Positions 46,301-59,060 are shown, counted from the stretch's first letter. The stretch: DNA of 64,000 bases from Marsupella aquatica (GCA_973895155.1 OZ316895.1:3645659-3709658), one strand, 5' to 3'. The notes: a model not told the origin generated them from the letters alone. Made by a program: numbers and translations.

Positions 46301-48450
46301 AATATTGTGGAACAGAACCCAACTCTACTAATTATTTGGCTATCGAATTTTATCACTTTGTTGTCATGCTCGACCAAAAGTTCACCACCTGTATATCCCT
46401 CTTCCGTAGGAAGCTGCAATATCAACATCGCAAAGATTCCTGTCTCCTTCTCTGCGTCCCTGTGAAATGTGACACGACCGCCTGTCTCGTAAACCAGAAG
46501 TTTGGATAGGTGCACTTCCAATTGCGCCCACGCTCCATCAAGACCCAATGCACGGACAGCCATTACTGCCAAAGACTGAACCGTATTTGAAAGGAAAGTT
46601 CTGTTCCTTGGAAACGTTACCTTAGAAGCATCAACTTGCCAGTGACGTCGAACCTCAGTATTCATCGTTGTATCCAACCCATTTCCAAATGGCACCTTCT
46701 CACTAACACGACGTAGTTTAGAAGCGTCTTCGGCAGAGAGAGGGAGATGCAACTCACCAGCGCCCTCGACATTAAAGGACTTGAGGATAAATCCTTTCGA
46801 GTGTGGGACGGCTTCACGTGCAGCAAACGTCCGCTGAGGACGCTGAATAGCACCGAGGAGGGTTTCATACATTCGTTGTCGTGTTTCCCTATTCGTGGTC
46901 CCCATTTGTAGGCCTGCACTTATGGAAATCAAGAGCTAATTTGGTGACAACACGTACCATCTCTTCAAGATTGCTCGTATATAATTCTACACTTCCCTGC
47001 AATGATAACATTGCGGTCAATTCTGCCTCCATATGGTGACTAACGGCACTCCAAGATACCTTCAGAGCAGAATTAGGATCTTACAGGTGAGCTACTTAAA
47101 CCCCAACTCAGTCAACGTGAAGGTTCGTCCAGAGCATGATCTTTCCTTTCATTTCCTCTCGCTCTCGAAGTGGACGCAGCCATTCTTAATTCCTGAAACT
47201 AATCTGAGGTAGAATTCGCTGAGTTTTGCTACAGTAGGTTGCGACGTAAGGATGTCAAACAAGAGTTGTAACAGTAGGCTGCCAAGGCGATCAATCGGGC
47301 ACCAGTAGAAAGTTTGCACGTACCTACGACCTTTCTTCAAGTAGAAGACATTTCACAAATTGTCTCATGAGGGAACAACCCAGACTATTATCCTATAGCT
47401 GGCCTGGCCCGAAATTGTGTTATTTCATCTGTTTTCGGTCCTCGTACTCTTGTCCACTAGCCCAACATATTAAGAGAATTTCATTCCTTTAGTTGATACC
47501 TGTCCAGCTCGGCATTCAATTCCAATACTTTTCAGTGCATTCTTTAATTAAATCTCGATTACAGACACTCTTCTCTCTTCAGGATAAAGCCGATAAAAGC
47601 TCCCGAGTTTGGGCAAACGAAGCTTGGACTGCGAATGCTGTCCACTCTCCTCACACATGAATGGAGCGTCGAACATAGCATCGCGCAACACGATTTGAAA
47701 CCAAAACCCCAATGTCCACAACGAGTGAATCCACTATCGGCGACGCAGGAGCCGTCGTTAATTGAAGCAGTCCTGGGCAGGGCTGCCAGTGATCGAGGTC
47801 TGCAAATCCTCAGGGGAAGTGGAATTGTAGAGAGATTTTGTCAATAGCGTAAGATGTCAATGACATGGTATGATAAATTTCAAGGTGACTCCAGCCATCG
47901 ACCGAGCTGATAGCAATTTCACATTTGTAAACATCTTCAGTGTAGTGTCGTCGCTCCTCAATGAATCAGCATTGCTCTATGGTCTGGTTTGTCCACTGAG
48001 GACCCAGCAGGTGTGAGGAGAATACAGGTTGAGCCAGGTTTCTTTACAGGGTCAGCCAAAACGAGGCGGTGAAGACCAAGTTCAAGAAAACTGTACAGTA
48101 ACCAGATGAGATCACTCACCTCTGCAATATTGGTTTGCACCTCTGCAACGCGACGTTCTTGTTCACTGGCCCGTGGCGAACTTCTCTAAGGACAAGACAG
48201 AAACCTTCAGATGAAACCTCCAGATCCCTGACGATTCCCTTCGCCTTACCTGATGCTAAGAAGAACCTGTACAACAGAGAGATTATCGAGAATGAGCAAA
48301 ATGACCACTGATTCTACTAAGTATGAGCTCCTCAACTGAGCCAGACTGTGGAGAAATTACAGGACATGAGAGGTTGGCGTGAGCTAATTGCTCGGCACAG
48401 ATTTGCTTTGCGACACGCCCATCTTCCAGGCACTCTCAGCAAAATTATGA
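43373..48450 (-). repeat. Segmental duplication unit B' (inverted paralogue of 12308-17925)
   Basis: Reverse-complement colinearity with 12308-17925 across upstream, CDS and downstream sequence, with copy-specific indels. Confidence 0.85.
44668..46905 (-). CDS. 2OG-Fe(II) oxygenase-like large protein, 745 aa, intronless CDS, copy 2 (HxD...H triad intact)
   Basis: ATG at 46905 in the same context as copy 1 (CAGGC.TACAAATGGGG). KLLVYETGGRVTFHRDAEKE...FADCLHEL...GSMLSLAFNL; colinear with 14079-16328. Confidence 0.8.
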   Translation of the reverse strand: MGTTNRETRQRMYETLLGAIQRPQRTFAAREAVPHSKGFILKSFNVEGAGELHLPLSAEDASKLRRVSEKVPFGNGLDTTMNTEVRRHWQVDASKVTFPRNRTFLSNTVQSLAVMAVRALGLDGAWAQLEVHLSKLLVYETGGRVTFHRDAEKETGIFAMLILQLPTEEGYTGGELLVEHDNKVIKFDSQIISRVGFCSTIFFADCLHELGSIKSGSMLSLAFNLVNGDTSWDPVHRDFCISSRVQKAEAALEPWSKEATERKLSTFGEKLAIPLKHKYTEEDLSFAGLKGTDKLMAAVLKGCWDKKKDKCLDVHLCLVTKHTYGDLSDPDGVDVARLTRFHEVSYEEFQFKKWIAWNCKPTVAFRNLEIDMEKELVARGEDPFDSVADETEYEGVNWSYRESLAGWLFEMQFHKAMLVAWPKAISIVLACETGVPSALDLLENTLEISDPNFCRQLHQVIRYCEEKAAWVWEAGADCEDSVTPRLINLCKQANALEDVLLTFQLLARTYPYGEIFDVVTRIDKSFKIGVRNVEVAEAIAAAIEVFGWESVSATVIELVKKCAVGQGEAFAKIARQLVIAGNVDAGEQVASTMPEFTRRQPLAVLPDYPEIERFLRGPRQEFVHRNLPNLAAARSFAERYFNAYQEKIAAVGYSALGIPGGLDSAAFCKICKTDRVFNIAMGRRRKEREDLTLLKERVERRISARSELSACSVTAPPNTSGQPDSKRQRLDTQEHPKGEKSTAAP

Positions 48451-48465
48451 AGCTCAGCTCCTTCT

Positions 48466-50893
48466 CTTTACGTATATAGTTAAGGTCGCCGGGTGTCTCT
48501 TTATGAGGTATTTTGGTCGACCGTATATGGTCGACCCACGATTCACGGAGACTAGTCCCTGCTTTGCACCTAGGTTCTCCCTCACACCCCACCGGAAGAC
48601 CCTCCTCATTTTTGTGTCACAATTCAGTTTCAGGCCAGCCTTTTTGGGTTCCCTTGTTGCCCCTCCCCATCCTATGTCTGGGCAGCCCTTAAAATCACAC
48701 CCTTCTTGCCCAACACCCCACCTGAAGACTCTCCTCATTTTTGTGTCACAAGTCAGTTTCAGGCCAACCTTTTTGGGTTCCCTCGCTACCCCTGCCCATC
48801 CCATGCCTGGGCAGCCCCTAAAACCCCACCCTTCCAGCTGCTGACTGTTTGTTGAGTAGGGGTGGTGAACAAAGTTGCCATGACACAAAGGAGTGTTTAC
48901 TGCAAGCATCTACTCTTTCCCTTATCCCCTTTCTATGTCTTTCCCCAATTTCTCCAAAGAATAGTCTTCCTTGAACTTTAGTAAGGTGAACCAATGGTTT
49001 GGGTGAAATCCGGGTGCCTCGCCGATGCTATTTGGGTGCTATTTTTTTAAATTTGTTTTTTGCAGTTAAATCAAGTGGCCCTTAAACCATTCTTTGATGC
49101 TATTTTGCCAAAAACCTTTGTCGAAATATTCATGTTAGACTTGAGCTTTTTGTTGGTGTTATTTTTGTGAAAGTTTTTTTCAGATGTGAGCATCTAGCTA
49201 GAGCATTTCAGGCAATTTACACAATGTCACTTAAATGGTAATTTTTATTGTTTAGCTTAGTACACAATGCACTAATTGAATTCACAAGGCATCAATTGAT
49301 TCATAAAAATGAGCACTATGATGCATATAGTAACAAATGTAAAAGCAGTTATATGACCTTAAAATTTGAGCTCAATGTTGGTGAAACAACCACAAAATTA
49401 GCTATCAAAATCATATCACAATTCACATCTCTATGTTTACTCAAAGTGACACAAAAGAAACTTTCACAAAAAGAACTTGGTGTGTTTAGGAAATACTCAC
49501 GTTGGACTCCTTTTTTTGGCAAAATAGCATCAAAGAATTGTTTAAATCACACGTGATTTATTTGCAGAAAACAAATTTAAAAAAATAGTACCCAAAACCA
49601 TTGACTTGCCTTACTAAAGTTCAGGTAAGACTATGCTTTGGAGAAATACTTTCAGGTGTGAGTACTGCCAAAAAATTTGAGATGGAATAACTAAAGAGAG
49701 TAAATATTAGGTACCTTAAAGTAGTACTTACCTTGCACAAGTATTTCAACACATGAAAAAAAATGAATATGGGAGTGACAAGGGCTAAATACTTTGTACA
49801 TGTGTTATCTATTTATTTTAAGCAAGTGTACACTTAAAATTGCTTCTAGAGAGTACATTTGGTGGACTGATGTAGATAATTGTAGGATTATGTTACAATT
49901 AAAAAATGCAGAAAAGAATCACTGACACAGGTCGTGAGAAAGGGTTGCAGGGACAAGCCAGGGGCCCCATTAAGTATATTTGAAAAGTGAGTGGCTAGTC
50001 ACAAATATCTTTACCTAGAGGGGACCCATCAAGTATTTTGCTGGCGCTTTTTGTGATCGATTAGTTTCTGCCTTGAAATTCCTTTCTTTGTCTTTTCTCA
50101 ACTCCATTTCTCAACCAAACCAGACTTTTTGACATCCTTTGATTCATGCCAGAAACTTTTGTCTGTAGGGTTGTAGTTATTTTAGTCATTTTTGCAGTTG
50201 TTTGGACTCAGGCTTATTTTGGCTCTTTAATCTTACAGAGGTTAGGCTAATGTTTTCACCCCTTTATTGAGTCACTTGCAAGCCTTTGGTATCCTGTTTC
50301 CTAGTTTGACATTTTTTGTTCTTTGGAAATGTCACATATACATTCTCCTTCAACCAGATAGTTCTTTTCTGGAATCTGAGATAATTTTGTTCCTACAAAA
50401 GAGACCTCAATGCAACCACACTCAATGCTGAGAGGAATTCCTGCCTGAAAAAAATTCTGTTTGTAGGGAGGGTTTAGTTCTTTTTGCAATTGGTGGCTGC
50501 GCTCGCCTTATTTGGCTCTTTGGTCTTGGGTTTTATTTCCATGTTTCAAACTTTCAAAATACAGTTAGAAAAATCTGACTAATGACCAGAGAGAGGGCCA
50601 GAGAACCCATTATTTAAAATAAAAATATAGAAATAAAAATATAGAAATAAAAATATAGAAATAAGGGCTGCCCAAGCATGAGATGAGCAGGGGCAGCCAG
50701 GGGACCCAAAAAGGCTGGCCTGAAAAAAGTGGGACAGAAAAATGAGGAGAGTCTTCCGGTGAGGTACCAAGATGCATTTAATGACAAAACAGGGACTCGT
50801 CTCCCTGAATGACCCACGTACGTGGGGAGACATATGCGGGAGACCAAATGCACGCATAAAGAGGCGAGCAGGCGCCCTTAGCTTCACGTTAAG
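48466..50893. mobile_element. Non-autonomous foldback / MULE-like DNA element with ~220-bp imperfect terminal inverted repeats
   Basis: 48466-48691 (CACCGGAAGAC.CTCCTCATTTTT...CAGGCCAGCCTTTTTGGGT...GGGCAGCCCTTA) matches the reverse complement of 50661-50893. The left TIR is partly duplicated in tandem (129-bp period, 48584/48713). No transposase and no TSD found. Confidence 0.6.
48948..49647. mobile_element. Nested ~700-bp MITE/foldback element with >150-bp TIRs
   Basis: ATTTCTCCAAAG.ATAGTCTT...GAACTTTAGTAAGG...TTCTTTGATGCTATTTTGCCAAAAA (48948-49114) pairs with 49512-49647; AT-rich interior. Confidence 0.65.
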
Positions 50894-53812
50894 GTAGTCT
50901 AGGTGGTTCAACACTGATTAATCAACTTTGGGAAGGCACCGTACTACATTCTATCACTGACCCATGTAATGGAGATCATATGTCAACCATATAAAAATAC
51001 GTTATAGTTTAATGGAAAATAATCAAAGTGAAATATGCTAACGTGTCATCAGCCTAAAGCCCCAAAATACTAAAAACCACCCAGACTACCTTAACGGTAG
51101 GTTCAAGGCAAGGTACTGTACATGATGTTAACCCTACTACTTAAAAGCTCATACATACGAAATTAAGGGCCGTCCTCTTGGTGATTGCTACCTATTGTAG
51201 GGACCTACCGTACCTGTGGTCACGGTTTTCAAATGCGTAGAAATTTGGATGAGATATTCCTGCTTGTAATCACACATCAAAATGAAACGCGGGCAATCAC
51301 ACATCAAAATGGAATGTGGTGACCAATTGGCTTAGGTCAATTGGCTAGGGAATTTGCCTGGAAGTGAGAGGTCCCAGGTGGGATGGGTTTGGGTTTTGTG
51401 GGTAGTAAATTGGAGTTCTGGGATGGGTTTTGTGGGTAGTGGATTGGAGTTCTTGCTTGACCCCTGGTTACCCACTTTGGGGCCTCGCCCCTGGGTTGCC
51501 CACTTTGCGGCCCTCATATAATCTTCTCTCCTTCTTGGTGTGGGTCCCTGTCGGATTAGTTGGGGCTCACCTTGGTCTGGGTTCCTACAGAAAAATGTGT
51601 CACATTGGGGTGGGGGGAGTCTAATTGTATTTACTCTCCATTTCAGTTCAAGACAATTAGTTCGTGGACCCCTTGGCTAATAAAATCAGGGGGAAGAGTC
51701 GATCTGAGCCGTCTCCATTTCTTATCTCAGGAAATCTTGTCCGTCCATCATAATGGCCAATCTATGGCTCAAAAGAAAGATCTCAAATAGATCTATAGAT
51801 GGGTTATGTCCGTTTTGCAAATGGGTTAATATTTTTCAAATGAAAAATTAAACAAATCCAAGCCTTCCTAGCCATCGATTTTGTTGATTTTACAATCTTT
51901 GCCGTCCATTTTGTAATGCCTCTAGAAATCTTATTCATCCATGTTAGAAGGCGATCTAGGGTGCAAAAGAAAGATCTCAATGAGATCTACGACTGGGTAT
52001 TTTTGTTTTGAGAATGAGTAAATAGTTTTGAGTATAAAATTCGATGAACTTTCAAGATTCCAGCCATTCCTCCTCCCCGATCCTGGGTTTCTATGTGCTC
52101 TTCCCAGCCGTACAATACGAGAGGTCCTCACATACCAAGAGTTGCGATTTAACAAGGAAGTTATCAAGTTAGTTATTAGTCATTACTTATTATATGAAAA
52201 ATACTTTTTATAAATCTTTGAATTTAAGTTTTATAATTGGAAATGTAACTAAAACGGTTACATAGTGACACTTTTAACCATCTTGCTCTTTGCATTTCCA
52301 ATGTTTTTACTTTTCTTTTTACGGCATGGCGTCCCAAAATTTACACTCAAATTGACACAAACAGGAATGTAAACTATAAGTTTGATTCACAAAACTGACG
52401 AGTCTTGTTTGTTGCGGTTGTTGTTGACGTGGCACGCTGTGGGGCCAGGAATTTTGGAAGGGACCTCTAGTGGGGTCCGTAACAAAAATGGAATCTGGTA
52501 ATTTAATATATTGTGTGCACTCACTGATTTAAAGAAAGAAAATAATGAGGTTTATGGTGGTATGGAGACATGTGGTACACCATATATGTCATATTTTGAT
52601 CATGAGATAAGAGAAACAGGTGGCAAAACAGCTTCTTCTAGAATAAATGTATATATTAGAGTGTCAAAGAACAAACAGCTTCTTTGGGAATGAATGTATA
52701 TCTTATTCCATATTCTGAGCAGTGACCAAACTTTCCAAGTTCACTTATTTTGGTTTTTGTAACAGCGAGGACGTGGTGGGAGGTAGTGGCCAAAGCGAAA
52801 CCAAAAATACCACGACATAAGTGTGTGGGCTAGGCTCTGGGAGCCCTGCATATTTTTCAGCACGCGTCTGTCCCATCCTCAACTTGGACTGCCCTGAGAG
52901 TGCCCGTGGACCCTATTTGAGACACCCTACTGAACGGCAACACGTTGGGACAAACTATGAACAAGCTAGGGGACAGGATTGGATAAGAGAAACAGGTGGC
53001 AAAACAGCGTGTTCAGCAAGTAATGTATCGTGACAGCCAGCTCAGATTATGAAAAATGGACTAAGTGTTGTCTTGACTTGGCTGGCAAATTATCATGGTC
53101 AATTTAGGGGTGTATGAGGATATTGTCCATTAACTCTGCTGCTTGGAAAGAGGGTAGGAATGTTTTCTTGATATCTCTTAACTTATTAATAAATAGTGAT
53201 GAGAAGCTAGAGTTGAGGTCTAGGTTTCTAGAGTGAAGCTTCTCCACCAAGGCCCCACCAAAATTTAATTATGTGGATTTTAAAAACTTCATGGCATGTT
53301 ATGCATTGAGGGTTATATTTATCCTCATTACCCTTGGAAACCCAACACCACGCAACATGCCAATGTGAAGGATCGACATCATAAATTTCTACACACATTC
53401 CACAATTCATGATAGGATAGACATAAGTAGAGAGCTCTCTTAGATCCTTCACTACTTTCTCTATAGGATCATTTGACTCATTTGCTTGAAATTTCAAATG
53501 AGAGTCATGTTTCAATGGGATTTGCTTTCATCCAATTTGTTAGGCATATACTCTTAGGTTTAGAGTTACAAATGTAACCATAGTTAGGGCTAACTTTAGT
53601 CGCAAACTTGGTTAGGTTAGTGATGCTGCAAACTGTATCCCCAAGGAGTGTTTGTTTGGATATGGGGAACTCAGGCTCATTGTTACGGAGCCAGTTTAGA
53701 GATATGAAGAACTTGTGTTGCAGAGACTTGGTAGCCGGTAGGCCAAGAGTACAGTAAAGTTCTTGTGTGTTCCCTTGAACGTAGCCTCAACAGAGGTGAA
53801 CCACGTATCTCT

Positions 53813-54156
53813 TGTTGAGCATAGACGACATTCGTAACGGCAAGCCCATGAACCATCCAACGCACAATAGTCGACACAGAGAGATACGTGGTTCACCTCC
53901 ACATGAGGCTACGTCCACGGGAACACACAAGAGCTTTACTGCACTCTAGGCCGACCGGCCATACCAAGCATCCACAGCACAAGCTCTCCCTATCTCTCAA
54001 CTAGCTCCGTAATAATGAGTCTAAGTTCCTTCAGGGTCTGGCATCAGCCCTGGCTATATACACAACAGCACTACCGCTAACATTAGCTAAGTCCTAACCC
54101 GAGTTAGCCTAATTGTAGTTAGCTCATGAGTCACAAGACTAGAGCAATATCTAACA
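53813..54156 (-). repeat. 3' LTR of the copia element
   Basis: Adjacent to the PPT; about 98% identical to 60513-60856. Confidence 0.93.
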
Positions 54157-55272
54157 AACTCCCCCTTGACTCTTGTCTTGGGGAATGAACTAAATGCTAT
54201 CATATGGAATCCTAAGTGAGAAGTTCTAGACAATCACCAAACCAGGTCTCCCCCTAAAAACCACAAGGGTTAACTAGAACTAAGCCATAGCCAAACAGGA
54301 ATGAGTAATCCATATACAAATAGTCACACTGTTGTATAATGCTAAGTATCAAAAGTGACTCTTCTCACTTAAAACCGAGGTTTCGATCCCTTTAAGAACA
54401 GATTTCAGGATGAATTGAATAACTTTTATCACTCTGAGTGGTTTAGAACTCTCCACTCTAAAGCTTTTCTTATTTCCCAATAAAAATCAAATAAACAAGC
54501 ATAAATAATCGAACTTCTGATTACGGATCATAGAGAACAGGGTTTGAAGATTCAGGTTTGCTATTGCCACTCCTTCAAAAAGGACTTGGTCTCAGTATAG
54601 ACCTACACTCAATCTCTTCCCATCAACTTCTCAAAAAACACAAAGTTGAATGATAATCGAGTTCTAAATCTGACAAACAGAGCAGCTTTCTGGTTGTTAA
54701 TGTAATGATAGGACTTAAAATGCCGTCAACACGGTTTGACATCAGCGATGCGCAATTCAGTCAAACTCTAAGTCATATTCCAGAAACAAAGCAACGGTAC
54801 TGAATGCTATGAAAGTCGAATTTACTTCTCATTTATCAACAACTACTCTTGAATTGGCTAGCGAATCTTGACTCCACAAGCAAGCCTAGCAGTGAATTCA
54901 ATTAGAGTATCAGAAGTCTGCAACCGAATTCAATCACCACAGGAATCTCTTGAATTCAATCTCAACTTCAATCAATACAGCTTTACTTCCATACAAAACA
55001 CTCACAGCATGCCTTGTTACAATGAGAGGAGGAGAAAACTATTCAGAAGACTCAATCCTGAATAGAGTATTAAATCTATTTCTCTCTCTTTCAAATGAGC
55101 ACTCTACTCTGTCTTATAAGTGCTGGAATCCAAAAATGGAGGAGGCAAGAACAGTCGTGCCTTTCCAAATTTAAAACTAAACAAGGGAGAAGTACAGCAT
55201 AAGTACTGCCAGGGTGGCAAAATACTACTCTACTAGTAATCTACTTCAAAAACTAAGTCTAAGTGTCGAGCG

Positions 55273-55415
55273 GACGCTGCTAGAAGCATCGTGAGTAGAA
55301 GCGGACGCTGCTAGAAGCGTCTTAAGAAAACCAACGGACGCTGCTCACAACGTCAATACTAGGGTGGACGCTGTTCACAGCGTCGTGTGTTGAAGCGGAC
55401 GCTTTCCACAACGTC
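55273..55415. repeat. Array of five 18-bp palindromic units GACGCT-N6-A(G/A)CGTC with variable 12-15-bp spacers in the copia 3' region
   Basis: Units start at 55273, 55304, 55337, 55367 and 55398 (periods 31, 33, 30, 31). Confidence 0.8.
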
Positions 55416-55645
55416 GGTCGAAATTCTCATAGAGTCTTGGTGGCGGTGGGGCAAAGTACACTAGGAATCGTCAGGAAAGCCGGAGATGTCAAATATTTCA
55501 ATAAGTGTCCAGAACAAGTAAATGTTGGCCAGGAGGCGTCTAAAGTGTAAGTAAATCTTGAGATATGCCAAAAATAAACAAGTTTCTAGAAAAAATTGCA
55601 GGGACACCTACACCACACACACATTGCTAAATAACTCTACTTGCA

Positions 55646-58600
55646 CTACAACTGCAAAACCTGCAAAGTAGCACGATGTCTTGAGAAACTCTCCAAAGGA
55701 ATCACTTTGGTAAAGGCATCAGCGGGATTGAGCTTTCCATCAATCTTGACTAGCTCAAGAGTTTTATGAGACACTGTTTGCCTGATAAAATGGTACCTGA
55801 TATCAATGTGCTTCACCCTGCTATCCATCACCTGGTTAGCAGCCAAGTGAAGAGCACTCTGACTATCACAGTTTAGAGTCATTTTTCCATGCTCTAAACC
55901 CATCTCCGCGATCAACTTATCCAACCAAATTTCTTCCTTTGCTGCTTCTGTTGCTACAACATACTCTGCTTCTGTAGTAGATTGAGAAATGCACCTCTGC
56001 AAGGTAGATTTCCAACTGATACATCCTCCTCCAAGAGTGTATACAAACCCAGTTGTAGACCTCCTTGTATCCAGACAGCCTCCATAGTCAGAATCTACAT
56101 AGCCAACTAACGTTCTATTTGATCTGTTATCAAATAGTAATCCATAGTCCTGTGTTCCCTTCAGATTCCTGAGAATCCACTTCACAGCTTTTCAATGTAC
56201 CTTCCCTGGATTTGACATGAATTTGCTAACCTTGCCCATCGCTAGGACCAAGTCAGACCTAGTACAAGTCATCAAATACATCAGACTGCCTAGTGCCTTC
56301 TCATAAGGAATCTTAGCCATCATACCTTTCTCCACAGCATCCGTAGGAGAGAAAGCCGATGATAACTTGAAATGTGAAGCTAAAGGAATACTCACTGGCT
56401 TACAATTTTCCATATTGAATCGTGCAAGTACTTTCCTTGCATACTGGCCCTGACTCAAGCACAACTGTCCAGTATCAGAGTTCCTAAAAATCTTCATCCC
56501 TAAGATCCTCTTGGCCTTACCATGATCCTTCATCATGAATTCAGCACTCAATTTCGCCTTGAGACTGTCAACTTCAGATTGATCTTTAGCCACAATCAGC
56601 ATGTCATCCACATAGATCACTACAATGATGAAACCAAACACATAATTCTTGACTGATTTTGTATACACACAAGGATCATACACCATCCTTGTAAAACCTT
56701 GAGCAAGCATGCAATCATCAAACCGCTTGTTCCACTGTCTGGGAGACTGCTTCAATCCATACAAGGACTTGAGCAATCTGCAAACTAAGTTCTCTTGGCC
56801 CTTCTTCATAAAGCCTAGTGGCTGTCTCATGAAGATCAACTCTTCCAAGTTGCCATAGAGAAAAGCAGTAACAACATCCATCTGATCCATCACCAGACCA
56901 AAAAATACAACAAGCTGATACAAGATCCGTATTGTGGAATACTTAGCCACCGGTGAAAAGACTTCATTGTAATCCACTCCTTTCTCCTGAGTGAATCCCT
57001 TGGCAACAAGCCGTGCCTTGTAGATCTTATCTCCACCTTTTGAAAGACTGTCCTTCAACTTGTAAATCCATTTGCTGTCCACCACTTGCTGACCTCTTGG
57101 AAGCTCCACCAGCTCCCATGTCTTGTTGTCACTCAAAGATTGCAACTCCCTCTGCATTGCTGCATTCCACTCATGCTTCTGCTCTGAAGCACAAGCCTCA
57201 CTATACGAAGAAGGCTCTCCTTCTTCCATGATCATTAGGTGCAATGTCAGTATCATCTAGCTTAGATGAGTCTGCCCATTGACCATACCTGGTAGGAGCT
57301 CTAGATAGTAGAACGACTGGAAGTTCTTCTAGTAGATGACTCTGGCTGATCTGTTGCTGCTGCTGGTTGAATTTGAGGTACCCCAACAACAATATGCTCG
57401 AGAATCTGCTCCTCTTGTTCCATCACAGGAACCAGCTCCAAGCCCGGAGCTTCTCCATCTCTCCTGTCATGAACAGCATCATGACTAATCTCCCCCTCAA
57501 CCCGGTCCGGGACGAGAGATTCCCCTTGTCAGTATGGGAGTCCTGAGAACTCTCTCCCTCCTTTGATGATCTGGATTCATTAAAGGACACATCTCTACTG
57601 ACAATTAGTTTACAGGTTACTGGATCCCATAACCTATAACCTTTCACACCTTTCTGATAGCCAAGAAAAATGCACTTTTTTGACTTGGACTCCAGCTTGG
57701 ATCAAAGCTGGGAAGGTGTAAGCACATAAGCATCACATCCAAAAATCCTCAGATGTGAGTAATCTGCTGGACGCCCGTACCTCATTTCAAATGGCGTCTT
57801 GAATCCAATAGAACTGGATGGAGAAAAATTTACCAAATAAGCTGCAGTGTTGACAGTTTCAGCCCAAAACTCATGTGGTAAGCATGATTGACTCAACATA
57901 CTCCTCGAGCGATCCAATAGTGTTCGGTTGAGTCTCTCAGAAACACCATTCTACTGAGGAGTATAACTTGTTGTGAGATGACGGGTAATCCTCTGCTCCT
58001 TACAATACGTTCCAAATTCCCCGGAACTGTATTCACCGCCGTTATCCGATCAAAGATATCTCACCTTATTACTAGTCTGATTCTCAACTTGGGCTTTCCA
58101 CTCCTTAAAAGTGGCAAAAACATCAGACTTATTATGTATAAAGTATATCCACACATACCTTGAGTAATCGTCTATAAACGTGACATAATATAACCGTCTA
58201 GAATGTGAGGGAGTAGGGGCTGGACCCCACACATCACTATGTACATACTCAAGTACCTCCTTGCTGGTGTGAGTTCCAACTCCGAAGGGTTTCCTGTGCT
58301 GCTTCCCAAGCACACAATGCTCACAGAATTCCAACTTACAAGATTGCAAATTAGAAAGTAATCCTTTCTTCTGAAGAATGACCAAACCTTTTTCACTCAT
58401 GTGGCCCAAATGGAAGTGCCACAGCCGGGCCGTCTCATGAGATAAGGTTACATTGGCTTCATCACAAACTACACTGCCCTCCAAAACGTATAGATTGCTA
58501 TGTCTCTTTCCCTTCAATACAATTTTAGTACCAGTTGAAACCTGAAGGACACTATTAGCAGAACTTCACTGATGGCCATTTGCCTCTAAAACTCCAAGTG

Positions 58601-59060
58601 AAATGAGATTTTTCATCATGCTGGGAATATGTCTCACATTCCTCAACGTTCTCACAGCACCATCAAACATCTGAAATCTTATAGATCCAAGTCCAACAAC
58701 TTGACATGGGATTCCATTTCCCATCAACATTGACCCGTTGGAAACTGTGTAAGAACTGAAACAATCTCTCCTAGAGCAAATGTGAAAAGTACATGCACTA
58801 TCTAGAATCCAGTCATCACTATCTGGATTTGACACTACGTTGAGAGCATAACCTTGACATCACAATATGTCATCATCATCGAGTAAATCTACCTCATGCG
58901 AGCTTGATGCCGCGTTAGCAAAGGCAGTAGGGACCTTTACTCGACAATCCCTTTTCATGTGGCCAGGCTTGCCACAATTCCAACATGCAAGAGGCTTTCT
59001 CTCTTGCGATTTCTCTCTGGATTTAGATCTCCCCCGTGATGTAGATCTAAACCTGTTCTC
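55646..59060 (-). pseudogene. Disrupted copia gag(zinc knuckle)-pol: protease, GAG-pre-integrase, integrase, RT, RNase H
   Basis: CWNCGKPGHMKRDC, WILDSAC, LWHFHLGH...CEHC, VHSDVWGP/FIDDYSR, YKARLVAKGF, QMDVVTAFLYG, YVDDML, GYVDSDYGG...NPADAFTK in copia order. In-frame stops at ~58860, 58566, 58050, 57952, 57702 and 56192, plus frameshifts. Confidence 0.93.

Noticed and set aside
48454-48909. 151-aa and 113-aa repeat-containing ORFs
   Set aside because: They arise from the 129-bp duplication within the foldback TIR and have no protein motifs.
55273-55415. CRISPR array
   Set aside because: Repeats are 18 bp and degenerate, spacers only 12-15 bp, there are no cas genes, and the context is a plant retrotransposon.
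54160-55640. env-like ORF in the long copia 3' region
   Set aside because: No long ORF on the element's sense strand; only short opposite-strand ORFs without recognisable features.
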